This document shows, one piece after another, positions 23,402 through 36,003 of a stretch of 64,000 nt of DNA. Where the stretch lies: assembly GCA_030390025.1 (NCBI GenBank), contig CM059425.1, positions 206,584,001-206,648,000 of the forward strand. Reading direction: 5' to 3'. Under the pieces are notes generated by a model that was given only the letters and a program-made list of their open reading frames with translations, was not told the origin of the DNA and made no database searches. The DNA is from Squalus acanthias (Eukaryota). A program made the position numbers and the translations under genes. Numbering within the stretch: position 1 is the first letter of the stretch; each line of letters starts with the position of its first letter.

Positions 23402-26200
23402 TCAGTACCCTGTCCCTGCTTTCTCCCCATATCCCTTGATCCCTTTAGCCTTAAGAAATATATCTATCTCCTTCTTGAATATATTTAATGAATTGGCCTC
23501 AACTGCCTTCTGTGGTAGAGAATTCCACAGGTTCACCACTCTCTGGGTGAAGAAATTCCTCCTCATCTCAGTCCTAAATGGCTTACCCCTTATCCTTAGA
23601 CTGTGACCCCTGGTTCTGGACTCCCCCGCCATCGGGAACATCCTTCCTGCATCTAGTCTGTCTAGTCCTGTTAGAATTTTATAAGTTTCAATGAGATCCC
23701 CTCTCATTCTTCTAAACTCTAGCAAATATAAGCCTAATCGACCCAATCTCTCTTCATACATCATTCCTGCCATCCCAGGTATCAGTCTGGTAAATCTTCG
23801 CTGCACTCCCTCCATGGCAAGAACATCCTTCCTCAGATAAGGCGACCAAAACTTCACACAATACTCAAGGTGTGGTCTCACCAAGGCCTTGTACAACTGC
23901 AGCAAGACATCCTTGCTCCTGTACTCGAATCCTCTCGCTATGAAGGCCAACATACCATTTGCCTTCTTAACCGCCTGCTGCACCTGCATGCTTACCTTCA
24001 GCGACTGGTGCACAAGGACTCCCAGATCTCATTGCACTTCCCCTTTTCCCAATCTATTTCCGTTCAGATAATAATCTGTCTTCCTGTTTTTGCCACCAAA
24101 GTGGATAACCTCGCATTTATCCACATTATACTGCATCTACCATGCGTCTGCCCAATCACCCAACCTGTCCAAATCATACTGGAGTTTCTCTGCATCCTCC
24201 TCACAGCACACACGCCCACCCAGCTTTGTGTCGTCTGCAAACTTAGAGATATTACATCTAGTTCCCTCGTCTAGATCATTAATATATATTGTGAATAGCT
24301 GGGGTCCTAGCACCGATCCCTGTGGTACCCCACTAGTCACTGCCTGCCTCTCGGAAAAAGACCCATTTATTCCAACTCTTTGCTTCCTGTCTGCCAACCA
24401 GTTCTCTATCCAAATCAGTACCTTACCCCCAATCCCATGTGCTTTAACTTTGCACGCTAATCTCTTATGCGGGACCTTATCGAAAGCCTTCTGAAAGTCC
24501 AAATACACCACATCCACTGGTTCTCCCTTATCTATTCTATCAGTTACATCCTCAAAAAATTCCAGTAGATTAGTCAGGCATGATTTCCCTTTTGTAAATC
24601 CATGTTGACTTTGTCCGATCCTGTCACTGTTTTCCAAGTGCTCTGCTATTACATCTTTTATAATGGACTCTAGCATTTTGCCCACTACCGATGTCAGGCT
24701 TACCGGTCTATAATTCCCCGTTTTTTCTCTACCGCCTTTTTTAACTAGTGGGGTTACATTAGCTACCCTCCAATCCATGGGAACTGTTCCAGAGTCTATA
24801 GAATTTTGAAAGATGACCAGCAATGCACCTACTATTTCTAGGGCCACTTCCTTAAGTACCCTAGGGTGTAGATTATCAGGCCCTGGGGATTTATCAGCCA
24901 TCAATCCCGTCAATTTCCCTAACACCATTTCCGTACAAATCGTGATTTCATTCAATTCCTCCCTCTCATGAGACCCTATGTTCCCCGACATCTCTGGGAG
25001 TTTATTTGTGTCCTCCTTTGTGAAGACAGAACCAAAGTATGTATTTAATTCGTCAGCCATTTCTTTGTTCCCCATTATAAATTCCCCTGATTCTGACTGC
25101 AAGGGACCTACGCTTGACTTCACCAATCTTTTTCTCTTCACATATCTATAGAAGCTTTTACAGTCAGTTTTTATGTTCCCTGCAAGCTTACTCTCATATT
25201 CTATTTTCCCCCTCTTAATTAATCCCTTTGTCCTCCTTTGCTGAATCCTAAACTGTTCCCAATCCTCAGGTTTGCTGCTTTTTCTGGCCAATTTATATGT
25301 CCTCTCCTTGGATCTTATGCTATCCCTGATTTCCCTTGTTAGCCACGGTTGGGTCACCTTTTTTGTTTTATTTTTATGCCAAACTGGGATGAACAAATTC
25401 TGTAGTTCATCCATGTGATCTTTAAATGTTTGCCATTGCCTATCCACTGTCAACCCTTTAAGTAATGCTCCCCAATCCACCCTAGCCAACTCGCGCCTCA
25501 TACCATCGTAGTTTCCTTTATTTAAATTCAGGACCCTAGTCTCTGAGTCAACTACTTCACTCTCCATCTTAATGAAGAATTCTATCATTTTATGATCGCT
25601 GCTCCCCAAGGGGCCTCGCACAACAAGATTGCTAATTAATCCTTTCTCATTACATAATACCCAGTCTAAGCTGGCCTGATCTCTAGTTGGTTCCTCGACA
25701 TATTGGTCCAGGAAACCATCCCGTATACACTCTAGGAATTCCTCCTCCACAGTATTGTTACTAATTTGGTTAGCCCAATCTATATGTAGATTAAAGTCAT
25801 CCATGATAACTGCTGTGCCCTTATTGCACGCGTCTCTAATTTCCCGTTTAATGCCATCCCCAACCTCAGCATTACTGTTTGGGGGTCTGTATACAACTCC
25901 CACTAACATTTTCTGCCCCTTGGTATTTCTCAGCTCTACCCATACAGATTCCACATCATCAGAGCTAATATCCTTCCTTACTATTGTGCTAATCTCCTCT
26001 TTAACCAGCAATGCTACCCCACCTCCTTTTCCATTTTGTCTGTCCTTCCTGAATATTGAATACCCCTGGATGTTGAATTCCCAGCCTTGGTCACCCTGGA
26101 GCCATGTCTCCGTAATCCCAATTATATCATATCCGTTTACATCTATTTGCGCAGCTAATTCATCCACCTTATTACAAATGCTCCTCGCATTAAGACACAA
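23402..26200 (-). pseudogene. CR1 ORF2 (APE endonuclease and reverse transcriptase)
   Basis: NARS, ITETW, VYRPP, (D)DFN, SDH; [20 protein letters not shown]; one frame broken only by stops at 24137-24139 and 24029-24031. Confidence 0.95.
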
Positions 26201-26390
26201 AGCCTTCAGGCTTGTTTTTTTAACACTCTTAGTCCTTTTAGAATTATTATTTACTGTAGCCCTGTTTGATTTACACCCTTGATTTCTCTGCCTTCCACTT
26301 TTGCTATTCTCTTTCCTGTCTTTTGCTTCTATCCTTGCTTCCCTTTCCTTTGTTTCCCTGAACAGGTTTCCAACCCCCTGCCATTTTAGT

Positions 26391-27147
26391 TTAAACCCTC
26401 CCCAACAGCACTAGCAAACACTCCCCCAGGACATTGGTCCCGGTCCTGCCCAGGTGCAAACCATCCAGTTTGTACTGGTCCCACCTCCCCCAGAACCGGT
26501 TCCAATGTCCCAGGAATTTGAATCCCTCCCCCTTGCACCATTCCTCTAGCCACGTATTCATGTGAAATATCCTTCTATTTCTACTCTGACTAGCACGTGG
26601 CACCGGTAGCAATCCTGAGATTACTACCTTTGAGGTCCTATTTTTTAATTTACCTCCTAACCCCCTATATTCAGCTTTTAGGACCTCATCCCGTTTTTTA
26701 CCTATATCGTTGGTACCTATATGCACCACGACAACTGGCTGTTCACCCTCTCCCTCCAGAATGCCCTGCAGCCGCTCCGAGACATCCTTGACCCTTGCAC
26801 CAGGGAGGCAACATACCATCCTGGAGTCTCATTTGCGGCCGCAGAAACGCCTATCTATTCCCCTTACAATAGAATCCCCTATCCCCACTCTTTTTCCTCC
26901 CTTCCTGTGCAGCAGAACCACCCATGGTGCCAGAAAGTTGGTTGCTGCTGCCTTCCCCCGATAAGCCATCTCCCTCACCAATATCCAAAGTGGTATATCT
27001 GTTTGAGAGGGGGATGTCCACAGGGGACCCCTGCACTACCTGCCTGCACCTACTACTCTGCCTGGTGGTCACCCATTCCCTTCCTGCCTGTGCAGCCTTT
27101 ACCTGCGGTGTGACCAATTCCCTAAACGTGCTATCCACGATGTCCTC
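26391..27147 (-). pseudogene. CR1 ORF1 with SGNH/GDSL esterase domain, truncated and frameshifted
   Basis: PLSNRY, CCLPGARV, VVHIGTND, DGLHL motifs. Confidence 0.9.
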
Positions 27148-27586
27148 AGCAGTCACTCGGTGCAGAGGCTGAGGGAGGAAAGCAGTGAAGATATCTCAGT
27201 GAGAAATGTGGCATGGTAATTGAGTGGAATGTAAAGGATGAGGATTTTAAAGGAGAGGCGAGAGGGGTGGAACAAGGTGAGATGTTCAAAGGAGGCGAAG
27301 GTGGCAGAGGAGTAGGGGTACAGACCAAGGTATGATTTGATGATAAGAGCCACACTGCCATGGCAGCGGTCTGGGCAGGGCAGGTGGTGTAAGGTATAGC
27401 CAGGCTCTTAAAAAGTCCACAATCAAAATTGCTCCTGTGAAAAATCCAGCAGGTCACTCTTTAACGACTCAGTTGTTGAAAGCCGACAACATGCCTAACT
27501 TTCAGCAACCATTTTATAGGGGCTATCTGAGCACACAGTGCATTCCGTGCAAGAAAATTGGGGAATCATGCTCGTACTCATGATAA

Positions 27587-28413
27587 TTTTTTTAATTCGT
27601 TTATGGGATATGGGCATCACTGGTAATGCCAGCATTTATTGCCCTTCCGTAATTGCCCTTCAGAAGGTGGTGGTGAGCTGTCTTCTTGAACCGCTGCAGT
27701 CCGCGTGGTGAAGGTTAGGGAGGAAGTTCCATGATTTTGACCCAGCGACAATGAAGTAATGGCGATATATTCCCAAGTCAGGATGGTGTGTAACTTGGAT
27801 GGGAAGTTGCGGGTGATGGTGTTTCCATGCGCCTGCTGCCCTTGTCCTTCTAGGTGGTAGAGGTCGTGGGTTTGGGAGGTGCTGCCGAAGAAGCCCTGGC
27901 AAGTTGCTGCACTCATCCAGGCAAGTGGAGAGTATTCCATCACACTCCTGACTTGTGCCTTGTAGATGGAGGAAAGGCTTTGGGGAGTCAGGAGGTGAGA
28001 CACTCGCCGCAGAATACCCAGCCTCTGACCTGCTCTTGTAGCTACAGTATTTATGTGGCTGGTCCAGTTCAGTTTCTGTTCAATGGTGACCCCCAGGATG
28101 TTGATGTTGGGGGATTCGGCGATGGTAATGCATTGAATGTCAAGGGGCGGTGGTTAGACCCTCTCTTGTTGGAGATAGTCATTGCCTGGCACTTATCAGC
28201 TCAAGCCTGAATGTCGTCCAGGTCTTGCTGCATGCGGGTATAGACTGCTTCATTATCTGAGGAGTTGTGAATGGAACTGAACACTGTGCAATCATCAGTG
28301 AGCATCCCCACTTCTGACCTTATGATTGAGGGAAGGTCATTGATGAAGCAGCTGAAGATGGTTGGGCCGAGGACACTGCCCTGCAGCGATGTCCTGGGGC
28401 TGAGATGATGCCT
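27587..28413 (-). mobile_element. LINE family B 3' fragment
   Basis: Reverse complement of 53950-54964 with internal deletions. Confidence 0.9.
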
Positions 28414-29091
28414 TTAATATTTTACAATATTTAACTTAAGCTCTCACATTCTGTCTAAGAGCTCTTTGGGCTGGTCTAAAATGCCATTTGGAAGGTCACG
28501 CTCTGCACTAATCAGTCATGAATTGAAGTAAACGAGCACCCACGTAATTTCCCAGCCCCAGATTGCAAATTTTGCTCTGTTGGGACCAAATCCATCAACT
28601 GGAAAATACGCTCTCTTACCACTAATTCATTCTTTGTTTTACTAAGGTTTGATTTTTTAATTATGTCTATTTATTTTAATTTATCCACTACAGCATTATG
28701 CTTTTGGAATGAATCATGCAAAATCTTGGCAGTCATACAATTTTGTAAACACAAAGCAACAGAAAATATTTTAGGGATTTGGAGAAAAATAATAATAGTT
28801 AGTGAGGAAATTTACGTGTGGCCGCCACTTGCACACCTTTAAAACACTTCCCCCGGGTTTCCTTGTGCTTTTTGAGCCTTCCTGTGTTCCGTCCACTGAG
28901 TCCTTGCTGGCCTTATTTGCATGTGTCAAAGTGAGAGCGAGCGGTGTGGTCGCTGTGAGTTTCTGGGATTTGCACTGCTATTGCAGTTTCTTAGTATGTT
29001 AGACTGAGTTATAGGAGGTGCAGCAGCTGCCAGGATCATTTGGTAAAGGCAGAAGTGAGGGTTTTGTGAACTTGAAGCATCTGGAAAATTT

Positions 29092-29269
29092 GGGGTCGAC
29101 TTTCAACTTGCTTCCCGGGTGTAAAATTAGCGTTGTGGTGCGGCCGCCTTTTATTGAAACCGCCAGATAGTCATTTCCATTGAAGTCAGTGGAAAAGAAA
29201 ATCAGGCAGAGTGTAAAGCGGGCTGTCGATGCGCTATCGCATGTTTTGTCCAAGGTGAATTTCACTCCC
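29092..29269. mobile_element. Harbinger-type MITE (178 bp)
   Basis: TIR ggggtcgactttcaactt / aaggtgaatttcactccc; TSD TTT; internal hairpin tttccattga..tcagtggaaa. Confidence 0.65.
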
Positions 29270-29425
29270 TTTTGTAAACTGATTTCTGCAGCATGGAAAC
29301 ACTTTTCGAACTTTTTTTGCATTTTTTTTGCAAAGAACTGCACTTGTCCTGACTGCCTCTCAGGCTCAACCCAGCAAACGATTTTGGTCCACCCCAGATG
29401 CAGTCAGAGGATCTTAGGAGCTGAT

Positions 29426-30160
29426 ATGGCTTTCCCTATGGGCGTACCACTCTACACCATTACCATGGCAGAAGAGGAGGAGCTGCGCACAATGAAGCAA
29501 GAGGGTCAGGCACCATTCAAGGAGGCTGCAGCCCACCAGGTATTACCTCCTCCCCTGCAAAAGAACATGCAGGCAGCACCGGTTATATGAGAAGCTTTCT
29601 GTATAAGAGTACACATCACCAAAGAGACAACAGGGTAATATCTGTGACTTGCTACGGGAAGACCTTAAGCTACATTCATCTACCAGCACTGCTTTCTCAG
29701 TGGCCATGAAGTTGACTACTGACCTCAACTTCTATGGCTTAGGGTCATTTCAGGCAGCCAAAAGGGATCTCTGCAACGTCGACCAGGGAGCAACTCGGGC
29801 ATGCATTCGTCGGCTCACTGATGGCCTTTACAGCAGAGCAGCCCAATTCAAAGCCTTTGGCATTGTAGCAAGTTAGCAGAAAGGTAGGCTCATACAGTTT
29901 TATGGGATAACTGATTTCCCTAAGTTCCAGGGTGCAATCAATCGGGTGTCAAAAATAGTGATAGCCTGTTGTACCTTTCACAACTTTGTCTTTCAGGAAG
30001 GGCTGTGCCTTGACATGACTAAGAAGGAGGCCTTGGTACTGATGGATCCAGAGCTACTTGGAGCAGACCATCAGGATGACTAGCACTCAAAGGAGTCCTT
30101 GCTGACTGCTACAAGGAACATCAGAGGACAGGTCATCTCGGAAGTCTTTTCCTCTGTCTA
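29426..30160 (+). pseudogene. Decayed, internally deleted Harbinger transposase
   Basis: LNFYGLGSFQ..DLCNVDQ..CIRRLTDGLY; FPKFQGAI; IVIACCTFHN. Confidence 0.75.
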
Positions 30161-30707
30161 ACTCTGTCTACTTTGGACACCATAGCCTGATCTCCTTCTT
30201 CCTCCACTTTCAAATAATGAGACATTCCCTCAGTCCACTACCCATCTGACAAACATGACAACACATCAGCTCCCTTTGCCTTGACACGGGTGCCAGGCGC
30301 CCTCTCGTTCCTCACCCAAGTGGCCATTATTCATGTATAAGTGTTAACAGTATTGGCAGGACATTTGATGATGGGAGAGAAGGGGTGGAAGTGGTGGGTT
30401 ATCCATGCATATGCACTTTCGGCACAGGTTGATTAATAGTGATCAAAAGTGGTAATCTGCTCCATTCTCTGGTCCCCTGTCGGCTGATCAGTGTGAGGGC
30501 CTGATTTGAGTTTCGGGCTGCTGGTCTCTGAGATACAAGGGAAATACCTAACATCTGATGTAAAAAAATGCCACAATCCGATCCCTAATGTGAAAAGACT
30601 GAGTAATGAGGACACTCTAAGGAATTTGAGACTCTTCAACCTTGAAAAGAGAATAATGTGGGGTACTTTATCGAGATATGGAAGACACCAAACATAATAT
30701 AAAAGGT

Positions 30708-31217
30708 ACAACAACAACAACAACTCTGTCTGCAACACATCAGCTCTCTTTGCCTTGACACGGGTGCCAGGTGCCCTCTCGTTCCTCACCCAACTTGTAT
30801 TTATATAGTGCCTTTAACATAGTAAAACATCCCAAGGCGCTTCACAGGAGTGTTATAAGACAAAAAATTTGACACTGAGCCACATAAGGAGAAATTAAGG
30901 CATATGACCAAAAGCTTGGTCAAAGAGGTAGGTTTTAAGGAGCGTCTTAAAGGAGGAAAGAGAGGTAGAGAGGCGGAGAGGTTTAGGCAGGGAATTCCAG
31001 AGTTTAGGGTCGAGGCAACAGAAGGCACGGCCACCAATGGTTGAGCGGTTATAATCAGGGATGCTCAAGAGGGCAGAATTAGAAGAGCGCAGATATCTCA
31101 GGGGGCTGTGGGGCTGGAGGAGATTACAGAGATAGGTAGGGGGCGAGGCCATGGAGGGATTTGAAAACAAGGATGAGAATTTTGAAATCGAGGTGTTGCT
31201 TAACCGGGAGCCAATCT
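30708..31217 (-). mobile_element. L2 3' fragment
   Basis: GGRAFCCLDPKLWNSLP..FKTLLKTYLF (ORF 30895..31251); (CAA)n tail. Confidence 0.9.
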
Positions 31218-31221
31218 GGAG

Positions 31222-31342
31222 CACTACTTTAACTTCGTGACGATACTTCAAAAGTACTTCATTGGCTGTAAAGCACTTTGGGATGTCCTGAGGTTGTGAA
31301 AGGCGCTATATAAATGCAAGTTTTTCTTTCTTTCTTTCTTTC
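31222..31342 (+). mobile_element. Deu-SINE 3' tail with (TTTC)n
   Basis: cttcaaaagtacttcattggctgtaaagcactttggga..aaaggcgctatataaatgcaag. Confidence 0.8.
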
Positions 31343-32736
31343 TAAAAGTATAAACTAGTAAGCCAAGCTGACATAAAACAGAAAAAGTCATGCAGCAATT
31401 AATATAGGAAACTGATATTTTGAAATAAGTCAGTGATTATAAATTAGCAGCTTGTATTACGTAAAATAAATGTAAAAATGTGAAAAACCTAGATAACATG
31501 GGAGGTAATCTCAGGTCCCTTCTAATATGGCTCGTTTTTTTTAGAAGTTGTGGGTGGACAAGATTGCTGTGACATAAATTTGCTCTACTCCTACACCTCC
31601 ACTTAACATGAATTATTCATTGGTGAATAGCTCTTAATATTCCTGTTACCAAAGCTGACCGCAGAGTGTGCACTTAACAGGAAGAGAAAACATATATAAA
31701 AAACACTGACGCATTGTCTTCACCTTCCACCCCACCCCCTCAATAACATATGGTGATAAAGAAGCAAAGAAAGATAATATTGAGAAACATACTCCTATAA
31801 AACAGTGTGTTATATAATACAAAAACAGTTGTCAATTTCAATTTTTTTTATCATGAAACACCCCACTTAATAAGAAATAGCTGCAGCCTATCAGAAGCAA
31901 TCATGGTTCAGCAGCTGGGAGTCAGCACAGGAACAGAAGCACGTTGAAAGGATGGTGACAGTGAAACCTTGGAAGTGGCTAAAGTAAAAGGCTCATTAAA
32001 GATACTGTATTCATGAAAGACACTCATGAAATACGCACACAATAGCTGTCATTTTGAAGAAATCTTTCCTTTCATTTAAGACTAGTGACAGGCTGACGTG
32101 TTAAATTGTGGGTTTTCTCTGCTGTACATTTTGGGCAGTATCGACTAATACAAAGTTTGGTACTGGAACTATGACTTTAAAAAGCATGAAAAAGCTGTAA
32201 ATAGTTATTGGCAGTGCAAATCTGCAAAAGGAGGGAGAAACACTGTAACCTAGAAGTTAAAGAATGAGTGTCAGTCAGAGAACGTATTTTTAAAAAATAC
32301 ATAGAATTTTGATTGATTTTGACATATTTTTGTTTCTTACAGAATTATTTAATATACTGTATTACACCATAGGGAAAGTGGAACGTTAACACCCAGATTT
32401 GCTTCCTTGGTAACTGTGATATACAATTTTTATTTTTATTATGACAAAACAACTACACTAAGTATATTTGGTGCTTGGCCTACTTTGTGTTAACAATACA
32501 TCCTTATTATTTAACACCATTATACTCAAAAACTTTCTCCAATTAGTTCCTTCAGTGATATCACAAACATTCAGTATTTAGCGAAAGAAAAATCAAATAA
32601 TTAACAATAGAAAACAGCAAGGTATTAATGTTAATGACTTTTAACTAGCATTTTTAAGAGGGGACCAGATGGTGAGACTCCCCCTTAAAAGAATTTACCA
32701 AATTATGTTTTCTGGAACAAGCAAATAGCACATTAT

Positions 32737-32798
32737 GGCCCTAAAATTCTATGGGGGTCTTGTGCTAGAGTTATAGAACTCCGTGGGATTTCAGGGCC
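32737..32798. mobile_element. 62-bp Harbinger-type micro-MITE (hairpin)
   Basis: 24-bp imperfect inverted arms ggccctaaaattctatgggggtct / agaactccgtgggatttcagggcc; flanks TAT/TAC. Confidence 0.6.
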
Positions 32799-34155
32799 TA
32801 CTAGTTTAATACAAGATTCTATATAGTACAGTGATATCTATAGTGAAACACTTGTGAGGTAATGGTTGGAAGGTACGGGAGTATCTGTTCCAATTCTATC
32901 TGTTCTATCAGTACCTGGAGGTTTTAATCGGTACCCACCCCAGCTTGGACACATCCTTCAGGATTGCATTGAGAAAGGAAAAAGGACTCTTTCTCATCTA
33001 CCTTGAATGACAGCAAATAGCAATGCAGGTTAAGCTCATTGCATATTAGATGTTTCCTAACAGTTCTCTTTCATGGTTCAGAACTCCTAAGTTGAAGGGC
33101 CGAATGGCCTACTCCTGCTCCTATTTTTCTATGTTTCTATGCAACGGAAGGTCTTCCTCCAATTTTTCTCCAGGACCAAGCAAATTAGGTTGATTTATGG
33201 CAAAAAGGGCAACAGGCTACAAGGACCGAAGCTCTGGGCTACATTAACCTGTTACGTAGTACCCTAGAAGGGTAGTCAACCTCACAGAGGGCATAGCTCT
33301 TTGCCAGAGCCCCTCTCATGAGCACCTGGGTTAAGCAGTTAGTGATCAGTAATCCTGATTCCTGACATGTGACATTGGACTTAGACATCTGAAACATCAA
33401 GATGGCTGACCTGACACAAACTGTGCTATATTGGTCCTTCCATTATGCTGAAGACAGATGTCCATTGGATAGCTGACAAAATAACTCTGTGACTTGGGGC
33501 AACTGTTGCTGGGAGGTATTACCTGGTGGTAGGTATAAAAACACATACTCTAATATCCAGGGTTTTAGAGAGGCCGGCAGCTACTCCTGATATATTGCAA
33601 TCCCAAATGGTGAAACTACCATTTCATGGGGGTATGATCTGTGTTTGTGCTATAGTCAGGAGGATGTTTGTAATGCACCCATACATTTTATGGTCGGTTG
33701 TGCTGCTCACCATCAGCTAATGAGAGAATCCTGGAACCTGATGTGAACAATGCTTATTAAAGACCTGACTGTACTGTAATAGAAAGGTACCCATAATGTA
33801 GTCTCTAGGCCAGAGCAGTGCCCATTTAGATGGTGCAGCAAGGCAGATCTGTTCCTTTCATTTGGGATCTTGTTGTTAAGAGTTCATTGGTGTTTTTCCT
33901 GTATCTGTTATTATCTCATTGGCCCTGATATTAACTGGGAGTCGCGCTGGGAGAGGTGAGGTCTGGTATCACATGGGAAATCCAGAAGTGCGTTCAGCAC
34001 ATCTGTCTGTGGCTTTTTAACACAGTAACCTCATTTTACTACGACAAATACAAAAGCAAAATACTGCGGATGCCGGAAATCTGAAATAAAAACAGAAAAT
34101 GCTGGAAATACTCAGCAGGTCAGGCAGCATCTGTGGAGAGAGAAACAGAGTTAAT

Positions 34156-35795
34156 GGGCCGAAAATTGATCCCGGGACGCGAGAGTACGCACTGCGTACT
34201 CTCGCGTATTCCCACTCCAATTGCCGGTTTTCTGCATGCCCTGCGCATGCGCTGAAAACCGGCAATTGCTCTTCAGAAAAGGGGGCGGGTCCTCGGTGCA
34301 TCGCGTGCGCGCTACAGGCTGCGCGCACGCTGTGCACTTCATGCTTTGGACGCGCAGGTAAGTACGGAAGATTTTGGAAATGTAAAAAGGAGGAGTAAGA
34401 CCCACTTTTAAGAAGGTAAGTAGTGAATTAAGTATTTTTTTGAATTTTTTTTTACAGGTATATCTTTTTTAGAGACTTTAAAGACAGGTAAGTTTATTTT
34501 TAAAACTTTTTAAAAGATTTTAAATTTTTTCAAAAATTTAATTTTTTATTTAAAATGGTTAATTTAATTAACTATACTTATTTTATTAATGTGATGGTTT
34601 TTTTTTTAAATTTAATTGAGGTTTAGCTGTTATTTTGGGGGGGTGTAAGATTCATAGGGGTAGAAATTAGGTCGCGCCCCATTTGGGGCGCAAATATCAT
34701 CCGGACGCAAATATTAGCGCCTGGCGCTAATTATCGGCACTGACGGGAAACTTCACTTTTACCGCCCCGGGAGGTGAGTGGAGCGCTAAAGCAGGCGCTG
34801 CACACCTCTCTTAAGGCGCAAAGGCCGAGCAGTGAGGCGCTAACTCGGAGCGTTGGCGAAGCTCATGTAATGTCAGTCAGCAATGGAACACACACACAAT
34901 GGCACGGGCCAGTTCTTAAAGGGGATGGTTAATCTTGCTTTCCATCCACATCCTGTTCATTGCTGCCTTGAATCTCGGCCTGGAGAGACTTGCACATCAA
35001 ATGTGCTGGAAAGAACAATGGAGAGCACCAGGCAAAGAGCTCAGTGTGCAGCTCCCACGGTCTCTGCTAAATCGATACAAGGAATGGCAAATCAAAATGA
35101 ACCTGCAAAGTGCTGCTCAGTACCCAAAACTCCTTCACACAACGTTGAATCTCTCCAGAAGTCTCTCCCTCTCTCTCTCAGAATGCGTAGTTCAAAAATG
35201 CCACCAACAATAAAAGACAGGAAGAGGCCCCCTTTAAATAGCGCCCCCCCCAGCCCCACAGCGATTGATAGCGTTCCAGTCTTCTGGTCGTTGGAAGCGC
35301 CAGGCGGTAAGGCAGGGGGCGCCACTTAATTTCCGCTACGGGGCGCCCCAAGGGCGTTGCACCATGGAATGACGTCACAATCTGCGCGCGCAGGTGGTCG
35401 CAGCGGTAAGTTTTAGCGCCGCCGCACAATCTCAAGTTAAGTTCTCGAGCGGCGCAAACATCGCTGCGCCCGGGCGTTAGCGGCTTTGCGCCCCATTAGC
35501 GCCCACTTAAGGCGCTAACGGGTGGCGCAACCAAGTGAATTTTTACCCCATAGATTTCACAGCCATGCTGTGAGACTTATGAATGGAAGATGGTGTGCTG
35601 CCATTGGCTCTAACTGAGTCACGTGATCCCACAGCTCGCACGAATTCACTACGCTGCTGGGATACGCAAGCACTGCCCAGCTGATCTCTAGAACATCAAG
35701 TTCGTGCGAGCTGGATCTGAAAAAGCACAAGCGAGGTGAGAGATCGCGGGAAAGCCTTACCCCCGCGGGAACAGAGCGAGATCAATTTCTGGGCC
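34156..35795. mobile_element. Harbinger-type MITE (~740 bp net)
   Basis: TIR gggccgaaaattgatc / gatcaatttctgggcc; TSD AAT/AAC (CpG decay); related to 47082-47821. Confidence 0.85.
34657..35549. mobile_element. Non-autonomous Harbinger (893 bp), innermost insertion
   Basis: TIR ggggtagaaatt / aatttttacccc; TSD ATA; subterminal GGCGCWAA arrays. Confidence 0.88.
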
Positions 35796-36003
35796 AACGT
35801 TTCAGGTCGATGACCCTTCGCCAGAACCTCATTTTACTTACGGGTTTCCCATCCAATCAGCAGCAGCATGCGTGATGAGGACCCACATGACGCAATCTCA
35901 ACTCCAGTATTTAAAGGGCAAATCCATAGTTGCAATTGGCAGGAGCTTGAAGTTAGAAAAGTGGCTGTTGTATGTGGTTGTGTGATGGGTCCAATGGTGG
36001 AAC

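Larger units (their letters stand above)
23320..27147 (-). mobile_element. Young CR1 LINE, 3.8 kb, 5'-truncated within ORF1
   Basis: ORF1, ORF2 and 3' UTR present; possible TSD AGCA (23316-23319, 27148-27151). Confidence 0.96.
18101..27410 (-). mobile_element. One long L2 LINE broken by later insertions (pieces 18101-19820, 20961-21303, 22881-23319, 27148-27410)
   Basis: (CAA)n tail; RT motifs QSGFRPSHSTETAL and LDLSAAFDTVDH (ORF 19189..19524); pieces rejoin across insertions. Confidence 0.85.
34041..35824 (-). mobile_element. ~140-nt Penelope family B pLTR retrocopy split by a MITE
   Basis: 14-bp TSD AACCTCATTTTACT (34027-34040, 35825-35838); pieces match 62870-63006; 5' end is the hammerhead GUU-CUGGCGA-A-GGGUC(AUC)GACCU-GAAA-CG-UU-AAC. 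Confidence 0.88.
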
